Below, piece after piece: positions 38,301-50,100 of a DNA stretch of 64,000 nt (positions are counted from its first letter, which is position 1; every line of letters begins with the position of its first letter). Where the stretch lies: NCBI GenBank assembly GCA_905178155.1, contig CAJINV010000021.1, positions 483,530-547,529 on the forward strand, read 5' to 3'. This stretch comes from Amoebophrya sp. A120 (Eukaryota; Protista; Dinoflagellata). The position numbers and the translations under genes are program-made. Below the pieces are notes generated by a model that saw nothing but the letters and a program-made list of their open reading frames with translations, had not been told where the DNA came from and ran no database searches.

Positions 38301-41300
38301 TAATCTATATAACTAATAGCCGCGTCCGCGGGGGTAGTGAGGTCTAGGCGGTTTTTTTTGTCTTCACGCCAAAAAAACGCGGCCTCTCTGCCCGCCATGC
38401 CGTCGCGAGTAATGTTATGCACGACGGCACGGCGGTCGGCAAAAATCTCGACGCAGAGCTGACCATCATTTCGCTTCGAATCGAAAAATCTTCCCCGCAT
38501 GCTAGGGCCCCACCCGGGCCCCCGCCAGGGTCGGCCCCTTGGGAGCCCCAAATCGGGCCCATAACATGCGGATTGGCTTTTTGCTTTCGGCGAACTTTGC
38601 TTTTTTTGTTTTTTTTGTCAAAATGCCGCATCTTCTGGCCTCAAGTCAGCCTCTGAAATGGCGGATTTTGGTGGCGTCTTTTGCGGGGCCCGAATGTGGG
38701 CCAAAATAAGGCCCATACCATGCGGATTCGCTGCTTTTTTCGGCTTGCTGCTTTTTGCGCGCCCCTTTTTGGGCGCCCCAAACCGCCAGAAACCAAGGCG
38801 GCGGGCGCCTCAGACGGGCGCCCCTTTTGCCGGCTCACCTGCGTCGTTTTATCAAGCGGGACTCGATAGAATTGGCTCGGGCTTGTTTGACAACAAAGCC
38901 CCGGCCGCTTGATAAGTGAAAATCTTTTATGTCCAAAAACACTTCCGTCCGCTTGAAAACTGCCGGTCGTTTTGAAGGTGAGGTGTCAAAAAAACAGCTA
39001 GGATAGAACGTTCGTGACCTCACTACATACCACATTCGTGTCCGCCAAACCATATGATAACAACACATAGACAGGAACGAATTGAAATTGTTCTGTATCG
39101 GTTGTACATGTCCGTTGCGATGTGTTTGATCCGATCGGCGTTCGCGGAGGTGAACACGAGGCCCCAATCCTGGTCGAGACACCACTTGTATGCCACCACC
39201 TCATATCAACTGCAAATAATATGCGGTCTGGGTCCGGATCCGGAACAAGGCTGCAAGTGTTTGCCATGCTGGTTTTGCATAACCCAGTGTTCTGGAACGC
39301 GAGGTCTAGCATCTTCACAAGTCGTGTGAGAGCTTTTCCATGCCAACTCTGCATGAGAAATCCTTTCTCAAGGTGCGTGGCCAAAGACTGACAGCTTTTG
39401 CTAAACACGCATGACAGATTTTTTTGTGACTGCCAGACAGCATCACAGGTCGACACCTTTGTTCCAGACCCGCCAGACGACATATTTGCAATGCATACCT
39501 CGCTACTGGTGTTTCTCGCGGTTGCCAAATCGTACAGACACCGCTTCAGGTCTCGGTTCTTCTCCCACGGGGTGTCGATTGGGGGGTTCCGTTCCAGGTC
39601 GTGGATGTCCTTCAGTCGTAGTCTCTGCCGTTTTCGCTTCTTCCGGTCGCGAGTGTCTTCCGAATCCTCAGAATTCTTCTCCCAGCAATCCTCATCGTCA
39701 TACGGTGGCCCGTATGAGAGTTTGAGTTGTGCACCATTCCGCCTCTACTCAGTTGTAGTGCATGAATCGAATAGCAAGACAAGCGTCGGTGGCAGTTCAT
39801 GAATAACAAGAATGCACGTTTTACAAGAACTTCAACTTCACCACGTTGTAGTGCTGTTTGAAGGGCTGGCAAAAACCTGTTGTGCAAACAATGCCCAGAG
39901 GCTAGCGCTAGCCTAGGAATGGATTCGGTGACTTGTGATCTTGCAGGACTACAAAGGAGGGGGACGAGGGGGGGTTTGTTGTGCAGCGTCATAGCTCGTA
40001 GTCTCGGTCCACGAACGGGTCCTTCTCTGGGTCGGTGTCGATCTGATTTTTCATGTTGGGGGTTGAAAAAAATCTTTGAAACGATATGCGTGTTGACAGT
40101 GGTATAAGATGAAACGTCAACACGAATCTGTGCTCCTCTACTTCTATGTGAAAATTACCTCAAATTGTTCCGACTCCACACTGCTTTCGGCCCCAAACAC
40201 GACCTCCTTCTGCCTTTTTTCTTCCGGCTCAGATTCGGGCCTATGAAATGCAAAAATGTCTGGGTCTGGAAGGATGTAAGTTGTGATGCTACATTTGGAT
40301 TCCAAAAAAATCTGTATTGCATGAGTAGCAAAGGGAATGCAATTTTTGCTACGCTGCGAAGGCATTTGCTATGTGGAATAGGCATCAAGAAGCCCTCAAA
40401 AAATCTGTATTTCTAGGGTATGCATCACAGACATCATGGCTCATGCAAAACGTGCATGACAAGTTTAGAATCTTCCAGACCCAGACATATTTGCAATGCA
40501 TAGGGCCACCGCTCCTTCAATTTCCGCGGGTCCACGTCGAACTCGCCCGGCGGCTGTGGAGTGCAAATATGTCTGGGCCTGGAAGATTGCCAGATTTGTC
40601 TTGTTGCATATTCTGCATGGCCCCCGACGCCTGTAATGCATGATCTAGCATCCGCATCGCAGATCTTGAGAGGGCTTCCTGATGCCTATCCCTATTCTGC
40701 ATGAAAAATGCCTATGCCCTCTCCGCGTAGCACAAACTGGTGACTCCTCTGTCTTGCTGGTCATGCAATACCGGATTTTTTTGGAATCCAAAGACAGCAT
40801 CACAAGTTCCATTCTTTCCACACCCAGACATATTTGCAGGTGATAGCGGCGTCGCCCGCAACGGCCACGCGGCGCCGTAGACGAAGGTTTTTGGGATGAG
40901 GCTGCGATCGTCGCGGAGCCCAAACCACTGGTGGAAGTGTTTGTCGGTTCGTGTGTATCAAATGCGAATATGTCTGGGTCTGGAACAGTGGAACTTCAAC
41001 TTGCGATGCGTGTCTTGCATTTCTAGAAAATCTGTGTTGCATGAGCAGCATCAGAGGAGCTTCCTTTGTCATGCAAAAACGCAACTTGTGACGCGTGCTA
41101 GGCACCAGCAGGCGTCTCAGAAACTTGTCATGCTTGGCTGCACTTGCAAGCGCTTCGATCATGCTCAATTCAGCATCACAGGTTTCCAGACCCAGACATG
41201 AACATGATTGTAGTGCATAGCGTGTTCACCAAAAACTGCGGCTTGCGGAAGTTCTCCAAATCCTGGATGTCCTCTGCGAAAGCATCGCCCTCGTAATAAT

Positions 41301-44110
41301 CGCAGTCATGCATTACAAATCCCCATCCCAAGGTAAATCAGCATGACAAATTGCATTTCTCATGCTGAGCTAATTTTTCATGCGATTTATACTAGTACGA
41401 TACTTTTGCAATGCATACTGGATGTCTAAATGCAAGTGCGCCTCTACCTGGTTACAAACCGGCGCAATCGCGCACCGCAGCTTGTTGTCGAGCGGGGTGG
41501 TGCCAGGTTTTGGCGCTTGCGTATTCGTTTTTTCCTCAAACATGAGGCACTCGATGTCCGACATTGGGAAGTTGCTGAGCCCGATGCTCCGGCACAGGCC
41601 TCTTTTCGCGCACTGCTCCATCCGGGCCCAGGCGCGGCGGAGTTTGCTTTCCCGTTTCTGGTTCGCGTGCCGCATCCGGGATCGGAACAGTTCCAGAGAG
41701 CCGGCTTGCTGGTGTAGTTCGGCAGTAGCTGCTGTCGCTTTATTTGTCCCGTGAAGATTTAGATTATCATCTTCGGGAAAAATAAGATTATCCGCGAGCC
41801 GCTTCGCGTCTTCCTGCAAGGATTTGTCGACGTTGAAGGCTTCAAAGGGACAGTGCAGCAGGTAGAGGTCGACATAGTCGGTCTGGATATCCACTGCAAA
41901 AGTATCGCACTCGTACTAGTTTTGGCGGATATGCATGACAAATCAGCTTCCCAAGGTAAACCAGCATGAGAGCCTCCATTGTTCATGCTGAAAAACTTTG
42001 CAATGCAATTTTTATACCTACTTAATACGGTGCTTGTCATCTTGTGCAATGCATACTGGAGGCGGTCCAGCGACTCGCACAAGGAGCCGAGGATGTCGGC
42101 CTCAATGTCCTGTTCCTCTTGACCCGAGGAGCTGGCGCTCTCTGGAAGTGGGGCCGCTGGCGCACCTGCAGTGCCGGAAACTACTTCCGCTGCAGCCTGT
42201 GCCTCAGCACCCGGCGTCCCATCCGCAGCTTTTTTCTTCTTCGTCGTTGATTTACTTCGACTTGGACCTCCGCTTCGACTGCTGGACGCCGCCGTCGCGT
42301 TGGTCGACTTGGAGGCAACGCTTTTTTTCCCCTTATCACAGGAAAAAAGTGTTACAGTTACACATTGTGATGCAAGACTGACAACAGAGACAACCCTTCT
42401 CATGCAGGAAATGCTTGGGAGCCTCGTTTCCTTCCTGTTTTCCCTTATGATTTGCGCATTACAAGTTTTCCTTGCCACATAGAGAAAATTTGTGATGCAG
42501 AAACTCCAACAAATGTGTAACTGTAGCACTTTTTTCTCGTGATACCCCTCCAACCCCGGCCAGTACTTCGTCGTGAGAAAAATTTCCCTCCGGTCTATCC
42601 CAGTCTTTTATGGCATTCTCAATTGTTACACTCACAACTGTTTTTACACGGATTTGTCATGCAAAATTGCCATCGGCCTCCACGTGATCAAGGTGCTGCG
42701 TATAGCAAACTTTCGAAGGGCTAAGCAGCATGATAATTCGTCCCAAATTTGTCATGCAAAACGCGCAGTTTTCCCGCTTTTCCTTTTGCTGTTCTTGCGT
42801 CACAAATTAATGTAACAGTTGAGAATGAAAGAAACGTTTGAGAACGCCATATCTTTTGTGTCCAACGTTGAATCGCTTCCCCGACGCTCTGCTCTTGTAT
42901 GACAGTGCACAAGTAGAACCCCCACTCATTTGTATAGCATGAAGGGCAATACAAGCATCAGCACTAATTATGCAGGTTCTGCATGACAAATTTACACTGC
43001 AGTGTAGATGTAGTGCTGTTCTTTGGGCAGCTACCAGAACTTGTCATGCATATATAGGGACAGGAGGGACAGTCTGGAGATGGTGTGTTGCATGAGAAAT
43101 GAGGACGAGGGGGAGCAGTTGTGCGCTGTGATATCTTGCCCGTAGAACTCGGCGGTGTCGATGTGCCGGATGCCCGCATCCAGCGCAGCGATTACAGAGG
43201 AAACGAGCTCCTCGTCGATAAAATCCTCCTGACCGTGTTTGGTACCAGTCGCGTCAATAGTGCTCGCACCGCCGCCGTTTCTCGCGTACCGGCCCTGAAT
43301 CCATTTCGTGCCCGTGCCGAACACCAATTTGGGGCAGCGGACGTAATTGCTGAAGTAGAAATGCTGCTTGCGATCCTCGAACCGGCATTGGCGTATCCTA
43401 TGTCAAAACGTCTCCACCCCATAGTCAAGATGGGGAATCGACTAGACAAATCCACAAGCTTTGGCTGTTTCGCATGACAAATTTCAACTCGTGGCGTAGC
43501 GTTGTTTGACCTAGTTCAGCAGCATCATAGATCTAGTTTGTTATGCTGATTGGAACATGACAAATTTCAAAACACGACTGGAAAATGCTTCTCATGGGGC
43601 TCCGCATGAGAAACATTTTCAGCATGCAGATTTGCATTACAACTACTGGGTGGAGACGTTTTTAAATACGATATGGCGGTCTTCCGCGTCATCCACCGGG
43701 TCGGGGTCGCTATCGGGCTCGAGCACCTGGTCCGACAGTATGAACCGTTCAACTGTTACATTCATCTCAAACGTTGCGCTAGAAATTTTTATGCAGACTT
43801 GTGATGCAAAAGGTGCACGATCGTTACAGATCCAGCCTCTTCTCACAGGAGTACGCATGACAAGTTCGCGAACTACACCAAACTGCACTGAAATCCGGAT
43901 AGATCATCTTTATCACAAAAAGCGGAGCAACAGTCTGTGTGTCTCGTCTCATGCTGATCATCACGCAACACAAAATCCAGCCTCGTCTACTGTACCAACG
44001 TTTGAGAATGCGACACTTGAGCAGGTTATAGAGAGCCAGTAGTATTTCAGGTTGCGCAGGGACTCGAGGTACTCATGGTCAGGCTCGTATTTTTGCACCT
44101 CGACCTGCAT
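35340..44110 (-). CDS. Aldo-keto reductase (~663 aa; 15 exons; 12 introners plus 2 canonical introns, 40043-40158 and 35476-39107)
   Basis: Spliced product has AKR motifs in order: PKLVFGTGT, ALDAGIRHIDTAEFYGQEQSVGEAI, REIFLTTKYW, SLDRLQTDYVDLYLLHCP, GLCRSIGLSNF, PVCNQVEAH, AYKWCLDQ..VFTS..RI, DIYNIELTAPDREKL. Spliced length 1992 nt, a multiple of 3. Confidence 0.88.
36115..36340. repeat. Hexamer microsatellite (GTAGGC/GTAGAA/GTAGCA/GTAGGA)n inside the last AKR intron
   Basis: Directly visible; gives artefactual VGVEVG / PTPTST ORFs. Confidence 0.9.
37589..37692. repeat. 19-bp tandem repeat GGGGCAAGATG(T/C)ACTGCGA (about 5 copies)
   Basis: Directly visible; degenerate GGGGCAAGA copies also near 37458 and 37753. 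Confidence 0.9.
39204..39497. mobile_element. Introner, family A
   Basis: TAT..ATA; TSD CCTCA/CCTCG; 299 nt removed gives TSSEVVAYKW. Here the TSD happens to create GT..AG ends. Confidence 0.88.
39713..39993. mobile_element. Introner, family C
   Basis: TATGA..TCATA; TSD GCCCG/GCTCG; 286 nt removed keeps the AKR frame. Confidence 0.8.
40242..40502. mobile_element. Introner, family A
   Basis: TSD GGGCC; 266 nt removed gives KERWPESEPE; interior closely similar to 23695-23969. Confidence 0.92.
40555..40845. mobile_element. Introner, family A (opposite orientation to 40242)
   Basis: TGT..ATA; TSD GCGGC; 296 nt removed gives RATPPGEFD. Confidence 0.9.
40956..41219. mobile_element. Introner, family A
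   Basis: TAT..ATA; TSD GTGTG/GCGTG; 269 nt removed. Confidence 0.85.
41268..41417. mobile_element. Introner, family B
   Basis: TGT..ATA; TSD CTGGA; 155 nt removed gives HLDIQDLENF; same length as 13150-13299. Confidence 0.88.
41888..42055. mobile_element. Introner, family B
   Basis: TAT..ATA; TSD CTGGA; 173 nt removed restores SLDRLQ|TDYVDLYLLH. Confidence 0.93.
42334..42544. mobile_element. Introner, family E
   Basis: ~33-bp TIR TATCACAGGAAAAAAGTGTTACAGTTACACATT; TSD CCCCT; 216 nt removed (in frame, stop-free). Confidence 0.9.
42609..42851. mobile_element. Introner, family D
   Basis: TATGGCATTCTCAA..TTGAGAACGCCATA; TSD TCTTT; 248 nt removed gives TQK|TGIDRREIFLTTK. Confidence 0.92.
42898..43133. 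mobile_element. Introner, family C (TATGACAGTGCACAA TIR)
   Basis: TSD TCTTG; 241 nt removed restores DTAEFYGQ|EQSVGEAI. Confidence 0.93.
43394..43673. mobile_element. Introner, family F (AAAACGTCTCCACCC TIR)
   Basis: TAT..ATA; TSD TGGCG; 285 nt removed. Confidence 0.88.
43739..44030. mobile_element. Introner, D-related (TCTCAAACGTTG/CAACGTTTGAGA)
   Basis: TAT..ATA; TSD GACAG/GAGAG; 297 nt removed links the ATG exon at 44110. Confidence 0.8.
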
Positions 44111-44474
44111 ATTGATGGTCTACTGGATCCTCGTTGTGTGTCTTAGAAGTATTAAAACTGCTTATGCGCTGAGATCGCGGCTGGCGGGTTTGACTTCATT
44201 AGCATCAACGAAGTAATTATTCTTGGGGCTGCTCGTCATCATCTTGTTTGGCATAAACGCAAGAAGTGATGGATACCGAAGGAGATAGGTGTTAAGAAAG
44301 TGAAGCTGGAGATCGTGGGACAAAAACTTGATATGCTCTGCGAGGTTTGTAGTTCGCCTTCGTCTAGCAGAAAAGAAGCAGCACGCCACACCAAAAGTAG
44401 AGTGCACTTCTCTCACGGTCACTTTCTTGTTCTTCTCTCAATGGAATGCGTTTTTCAACAAACAGCCACGACAA

Positions 44475-44875
44475 CCAGCTATTCCTACTCCCTCAAGTAT
44501 CTTCTGCCCAGGTCGCTCAGGCACTATCTCATGGCTATCTGTCCAACCGTTGGACTCCAACGCCCACATCGCTCATCTCTCACAACACATTACTCATGCT
44601 CTCTCACAACACATTACTTAATGTTGATCAGTACAAGAAGTGATCACAGAAAAGATGCGCTATGCGCACGTAGCCCGAAGAAATAGCAAAGCATATAGAT
44701 ACGAAGAGTAAGGCTTTGTGTATCCTTTACCTGTCTACTTTCAGCTCGCGTTCTTTCTCAATATTGTCTACTTGTTTCACCGTAGCTCACGCCAACTAGT
44801 ACTCGTCGCCGCGCCGACGTCGACCTGAAAGATTATTGCCCTTGTTGCGCACCACCGTCGCCGTTCCGATTTTGA
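44475..44875. repeat. Direct-repeat copy 1 (3' flank and last codons of the 44833 gene); copy 2 at ~46305-46685
   Basis: Shared blocks such as CCAGGTCGCTCAGGCACTAT.TCATGG.TATCTGTCCAACCGTTGGACT, AAAAGATGCGCTATGC and GATTATT..CCTTGTTGCGC. Confidence 0.85.
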
Positions 44876-46164
44876 TCAGCCGCGGCAGCGGGCCCAGGCC
44901 CACCACCTGCTTCCCCCATGAGCCGTAGCAACCCGCCCAACTGCGGATCGTTTATGATGGCGGCCTCAAGTTCGTCGTCCTCCATCTCCTGTACCGGCAC
45001 CGTGTCCTCGACCGACAGACCTAACAACTTCGCCGCCCGCGTGGCGTTTTCGTAGTGGCGCGAGGGTTCGTGCTGGGAGACATCAAAGGAGATCGTGACA
45101 GACGTGACACGAAACGTCGCTGCAGAATCGTGGTCGTGCTGGTCAATCGCTTTGCGAAAGTCGTCCAGGTCGTAATAAAATTCGTTGCTGTACGCAAATA
45201 TCCCACTGGCGTTCCCGGCGATGCGAATAGCGACGCGGGTGTCCGACGGTGGGACATACTTTTCCTCCGCATCTTGGTCACCATCCTCGGAAGCCGTGCT
45301 GTCCTCGTCCTCGTCTCGGTGAAAATGAGGGTCGCGGTCAAAGTCGAGGTCATCGAAGTCAAAGCGGTAGGGACGCCGCTGGTGGGGGTCGTTTCTAGTA
45401 CTATTTGCAGCTGCACCACCGGCTGCTCTGTCTCTGAGGTCTCTGCGGAAAATAGAAGTGCCGACGCGTCCCTTGACACGCATGAGGTTATGAAACTGTC
45501 GGGTTCCGTACACCTTGGCTCCGTCGTTCGCTACCGCAAAGGTGAGCGAGACGCCTTTCTCCGTTTCTTCGATCTCGTCCCGCCCGTCGGTTTTGCGCGC
45601 GTTGTGGGAGGCGATTAGGTCGCTGGCCAGGTTGAGTTGGAGTCCCGTCAGGGGGTCCACAGTGTACTCAAATTCGTACTTAATGCGGCGATCAAAAGGA
45701 TTTTGCGCCGCCAGCGACTTCGTGATCTTGGTCGGGCTCAGGTTGACGGTACGTTGTTGGAATCTGTTGATGTCAGTGTCGAAGTAGGTGATTGAGAATC
45801 CGAGGGCGGCTTTCGCAGCATCCTGTGCCTTGGAGGTCACTCCGCTCGCTTCCGGGTTGGCGGGACGGGTCGGCTCGCTGGCTTTTAGGTACTGGAAGAT
45901 TTTGCGCTGCAGCTCCTCTGGGATATGCAACGGAGCAAGAACCTGAACCTCGTTGTTCCCGGCGGGTACTAGCCGTTCTGCCTGCTTCTTTTCAAAGCAG
46001 ATGCACGCACAGTGGACCGCGCGCGCGTTGATCACGCGATAGGCCCGCGACTGGATGTTGTTGAGAGCGGCGGTCTCGACCTCAGTGTAGAGGCGCTGAT
46101 GATAATCCCGGGCCGTCTGTTCCGCAGGCGGGGGCGGAACCTCTTGCGCTGCGCCTGAAATCAT
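44833..46164 (-). CDS. Hypothetical protein with F-box-like motif; paralog of 62124-63311
   Basis: Intronless 455-codon ORF; LHIPEELQRKIFQYL; clear N- and C-terminal similarity to the 62 kb ORF. Start codon uncertain. Confidence 0.75.
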   Translation of the reverse strand: MISGAAQEVPPPPAEQTARDYHQRLYTEVETAALNNIQSRAYRVINARAVHCACICFEKKQAERLVPAGNNEVQVLAPLHIPEELQRKIFQYLKASEPTRPANPEASGVTSKAQDAAKAALGFSITYFDTDINRFQQRTVNLSPTKITKSLAAQNPFDRRIKYEFEYTVDPLTGLQLNLASDLIASHNARKTDGRDEIEETEKGVSLTFAVANDGAKVYGTRQFHNLMRVKGRVGTSIFRRDLRDRAAGGAAANSTRNDPHQRRPYRFDFDDLDFDRDPHFHRDEDEDSTASEDGDQDAEEKYVPPSDTRVAIRIAGNASGIFAYSNEFYYDLDDFRKAIDQHDHDSAATFRVTSVTISFDVSQHEPSRHYENATRAAKLLGLSVEDTVPVQEMEDDELEAAIINDPQLGGLLRLMGEAGGGPGPAAAADQNRNGDGGAQQGQ

Positions 46165-46304
46165 GTTGTTGCCTTGAAGAATGTAAACGTAGAGTGACAA
46201 ACTGAAGCTGTTTACTTCCTATATGAAATTGTTAACCGCGGCTTTCATTGTGCCCTTGGTAGAAGTTCACGTCCTGCTTCTCCATCTCGGGCTTACTACG
46301 ACAG

Positions 46305-46800
46305 CCAAGCTATTCCTATTCGTGTTCCAACTGCTCCCTCAAGCATGTACTATCCAGGTCGCTCAGGCACTATGTCATGGTTATCTGTCCAACCGTTGGA
46401 CTGCAACGTCGCTCAACATCTCTCACAACACATGACTCATGCTCCTGAAACATGATGTTGATCAGTTCAACAACTGATCACGACCAAAAGATGCGCTATG
46501 CTCAAGTTGTAGCCTGAAGAAAAAGTAAAACATAAACGATGAATAAGATTTTTTGTATCGTTTACCTGTCTACCTCAACTTTTACTTTCAGCTTCTCAAT
46601 GTCCACTTGTTTCACTGTAGCTCACGCCAACGACGGCGTCAAGGATTATTAACCTTGTTGCGCGCCGTCGCCATTCTGAGTTTGTCTTGCCGCGTTGAAG
46701 ATCATGATATCCCGCTTAAGCGGCCGACGATCACCGCCAGCAAGAAGTCTTCGTCCCGCTAATATCAGCTTTCTGGATCATCATCGACGGCCAGGAAGTC
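46305..46800 (-). pseudogene. Degenerate 3' remnant of a paralog of the 44833 gene
   Basis: Matches the 3' flank and terminal codons (..QNGDGAQQG*) of the 44833 gene, but frames upstream are broken. Confidence 0.5.
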
Positions 46801-47159
46801 GAGCTTAACAACAGCGCCCGGCTCGTAATATGAAGAGGGTGCATAACTCCACTACTTCCCTTCTAATGTGCTGTCATGCGAGATATTACAATGTTGTGCG
46901 TCCTCTCCAATTGCATGTAGTTATCGCGTTTTCTTGTTTGTGCTTGTTTTGGAGGGTGGTCTACGTCTACGACTACGTAAACGTACGTAGCTGCAGCTTG
47001 CATTTACATGAAAACGAATGACAACCATCAAGAGCACTAGATCTTCATTCCGCGCGCCGTCGTGGGTTTGTAATCATGCAGCGTCAATGTGAAGATAGAA
47101 GAACTTCAACTTCTACCTTATCGCATATTTCTATATATTTGTTTCTGTTGTTGTGAACA

Positions 47160-50100
47160 ATTATGCCTTGTAAGGGCGAGGGAATTTTGCACGCTCGTAT
47201 CGTCCCGTTCTCCGCGTATCTTTCAATTTCGGCTTGCACTCCCCACACATATGCATTGCAAATATGTCACCAGGGTCATCTGGAAATAAGATTGAATGGC
47301 GTCGAGCATGCAAATGACTTTTTTGCATGAGGACAGAAACAGGAATTTGGACAGCTCAGGTTCACTCGCAACAACAAAAAATCTGGAAAAAAGATTGGAG
47401 CTTCAACTTGTGATGCCCTCTCCCAGTCACGCAGAGATCTGGAATCAATGCATGAGTCGCAAAAGCTGGCCACTTTGTTTATTTCTATTTGGCGACAGTG
47501 CGAGATGAGGAATCGTTCTCATTGCCATTTTTAGACCATAAATGGACATTGCAAAGCTGTTGCAGAACTTGTGATGCTGGACTCTGCGTTCATCGTCCAG
47601 ACCTACTGGACCACACAAACTGCGTGACAATAGGATTTTTCCCGAACCAGACATACACATACACGGTCAACACGTATTTGCACTGCATAAAGCACCCCAC
47701 ACTCCCACGTTCCATGTCCCGCTACCCGCATCGGGCCCCAGATCGACTTCTACGCCCCCCACAACATCGTCTCGCTTCCGGACCTTGGTTCCGTTGTAGC
47801 GCTTCTGCGTTTCACGGTTTTCCTATGGAGGAAGCGAAGCGTCAGCGATCGTTCAAAGCCGACAAAGTGAATACGAATAGCGATTTCTTATTCATATTCT
47901 TGTGATGAAGATGCGTATAATTATTTACAAGAAACTACCGATGCCTTTCTTTGCTTTCTTCGACCGTCCATTTCTAATCGTTGCACGACAAATCTGCGGT
48001 TTGTTCCGACAGAAAGGGCGCGAGCTGCTCTGGAGGTGCTCATGCGCTTCAGAAAGAAACAGGTGTCGCCCAATCCGCAGCGCACGCAGGCACAGGACTA
48101 CAAGTACAATCGACCTCACGACTTGCTTCGCTTGCAATATCGATCATTTTTTTTGTTTTTGTATGGCATATTTATTCAGGCAAAAATAAAATTAAAAGCA
48201 CAATAAACTCATTTTCACTCTGCCGAAGGTTCTACACGACGTTGACACAGAGGTATGAGAGTGCACAACTCCCCCTCGTCCCCTCCATTTGTCATGCAAA
48301 ATAGCAAATCCAGTTCCTTTCCAGCCGAGCCTTTTCCCTTTAGCGCTGCTTGTATGACGGGTTCAGGAAGCCGAAACACTAGTACTATCGGTCGCAAAAT
48401 TCCCATGCAAACACTGTATTTTTGCCAGCACGACTTGTGCTCCTGCTGCTTATGCTTTTCAAATGAGGGGGAGGGGGGGTTGTGCACTGTCATAAGACAC
48501 TCCGATCATACACCTGGATGCCCGGGGGAAAAAAAATCCGTCTTAATGTCCTCGTAAAAAAAAGCGAAGCACGTAGACAAACACCAATTGTCGAACGTAA
48601 CTGGGTATGCGTTGCAAAGGTCGTATCGTACTAATAGTAGAAATTGCAATAGTTGTACAAATCTTCCCACAAAAGCAAAAGGTATAAAGTAAAATGGAAT
48701 TCGTACATGCAGAGTTCTTTTCTTTGCATAACAAACACAACAGGATCAGGCATGGGCAACACAAAAAATAAAACAAAAAGATGAAGATCTTCTGTCATGC
48801 AAGACAGGCACGCATAGTCATACAAGTATAAGATACTTTTGCACAGGATCATAATGGCACGCGAACATAGTATCGTTCGATGTCGTGTGGGAGCAGGGGA
48901 TGGCGTTGTTGACAAGAATAGGCGGTGAAATTATGCTGGGCGATGTCGCAGACCATTCGCGTTTCCCATTTTTGGTCCCCGGATTCTTGCATTTTCTTCT
49001 CTATTTCCTGTGTGTAGTGCAGGAGAAATGGGTCAGAATTCGAGGCGCTGTCCCATCGCCCACGCTGCCCGGTTCTGGTGCCGTCTAAGTGCTATGCATT
49101 GCAAATATGTCTGGGTCTGGAAGATTGCTGGTGCAAGTTGTCCTGCTAAATCTGAATCATGCAAAAATCTGTGTCTCATGAGTAGCAAAAGCTGGTGTCC
49201 GCTTTTGACCAAGTTGAGAGGGAGTTGTTTCTCATGCAGGATAGCCACGATAGCGACCTCACAGAATCTGTCATGCTGGGTCCCGCATTCGGCATTCCAG
49301 ACCTCATGGGTCACGTCATGGAAAAACTGTATGACAAGTCGCGCACCCTTCCAGACCCAGACATATTTGCATTTGATAAGTGCACCGCTTGCAGTATAGC
49401 GGTAAAATTGGTATTCGTATTCAGAAATCGCAAATTTTCTTTGCCCCTCCAAGGGCGGCCGGCGACCCAGCTGGATGTGGTGCGGCAGCGACAGGAAGAG
49501 CACTAGACAGGTAAGTTGGCGGAGTTCGGCGACCCTGCTATTTTTAGATGGCATTTTTGGAATGAGTGAATGGCTATCTATTAATGTAGCTAGCTTGTCG
49601 TGGTGTTAGATAGTTCAAAATGTGACTTGCGCTTGTAGATGTGATTCCGCATATCCTGGCGTGTTGCTGCTTTTTCCGGAGCGACGTAGCTGCGCTAGGC
49701 ACTGCGTGTTGGGCACCACTATGGTGCCCAAGGTGGACACCGTGGCGAACCTGCTGCTGGGCCGAGCCGGAGGACCCGTTCTGACTATCTTAGATAGTGA
49801 CCGAACATCTCAAGCGCTATCTATATTTGAACTATCTAGCACCACGACAAGCTTAGCTATTTCATTCGCATTCGCATTCGTCATCAAATAACTTCACTTT
49901 CGAAAACACAGTAAAAAAGGTCGGCGCAGACGACGGTGAAGACGGGGGCGGACGACCTTGGGCGGCAGGTGGAGGAGATTGTTCTGCTGGGCTGGGAGGG
50001 GCCGGAAAATTTTACGAATATTGAATACGAATACCAATTTTCCCGTTATATGCAGGTCCCGAGCGGCGTCCACGGGCCCGAGGCCAAAGCTACCAAGTGC

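Noticed and set aside
38850-38914. Introner call for the TATCAAGCGG..CCGCTTGATA hairpin
   Set aside because: Flanks CGTTT/AGTGA are not a TSD and no internal box is present.
38915-38990. VFLDIKDFHL as the last AKR exon
   Set aside because: No clean junction found; the exon at 35340-35475 joins by GT-AG and fits the AKR C-terminus better.
39204-41219. CRISPR-like array of repeated GTCTGGGTCTGGAA motifs
   Set aside because: The repeats alternate in orientation, spacing is irregular, the 'spacers' are exons or element interiors, and there are no cas genes.
46829-47165. Additional family C-like introner starting TATGAAGAGGGTGCATAA
   Set aside because: Could not identify a matching right end or TSD with confidence.
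48506-48508. In-frame TGA suggesting stop-codon reassignment
   Set aside because: A 71-nt GT-AG intron (48514-48584) shifts the frame past it, and multi-kb exons elsewhere have no internal stops.
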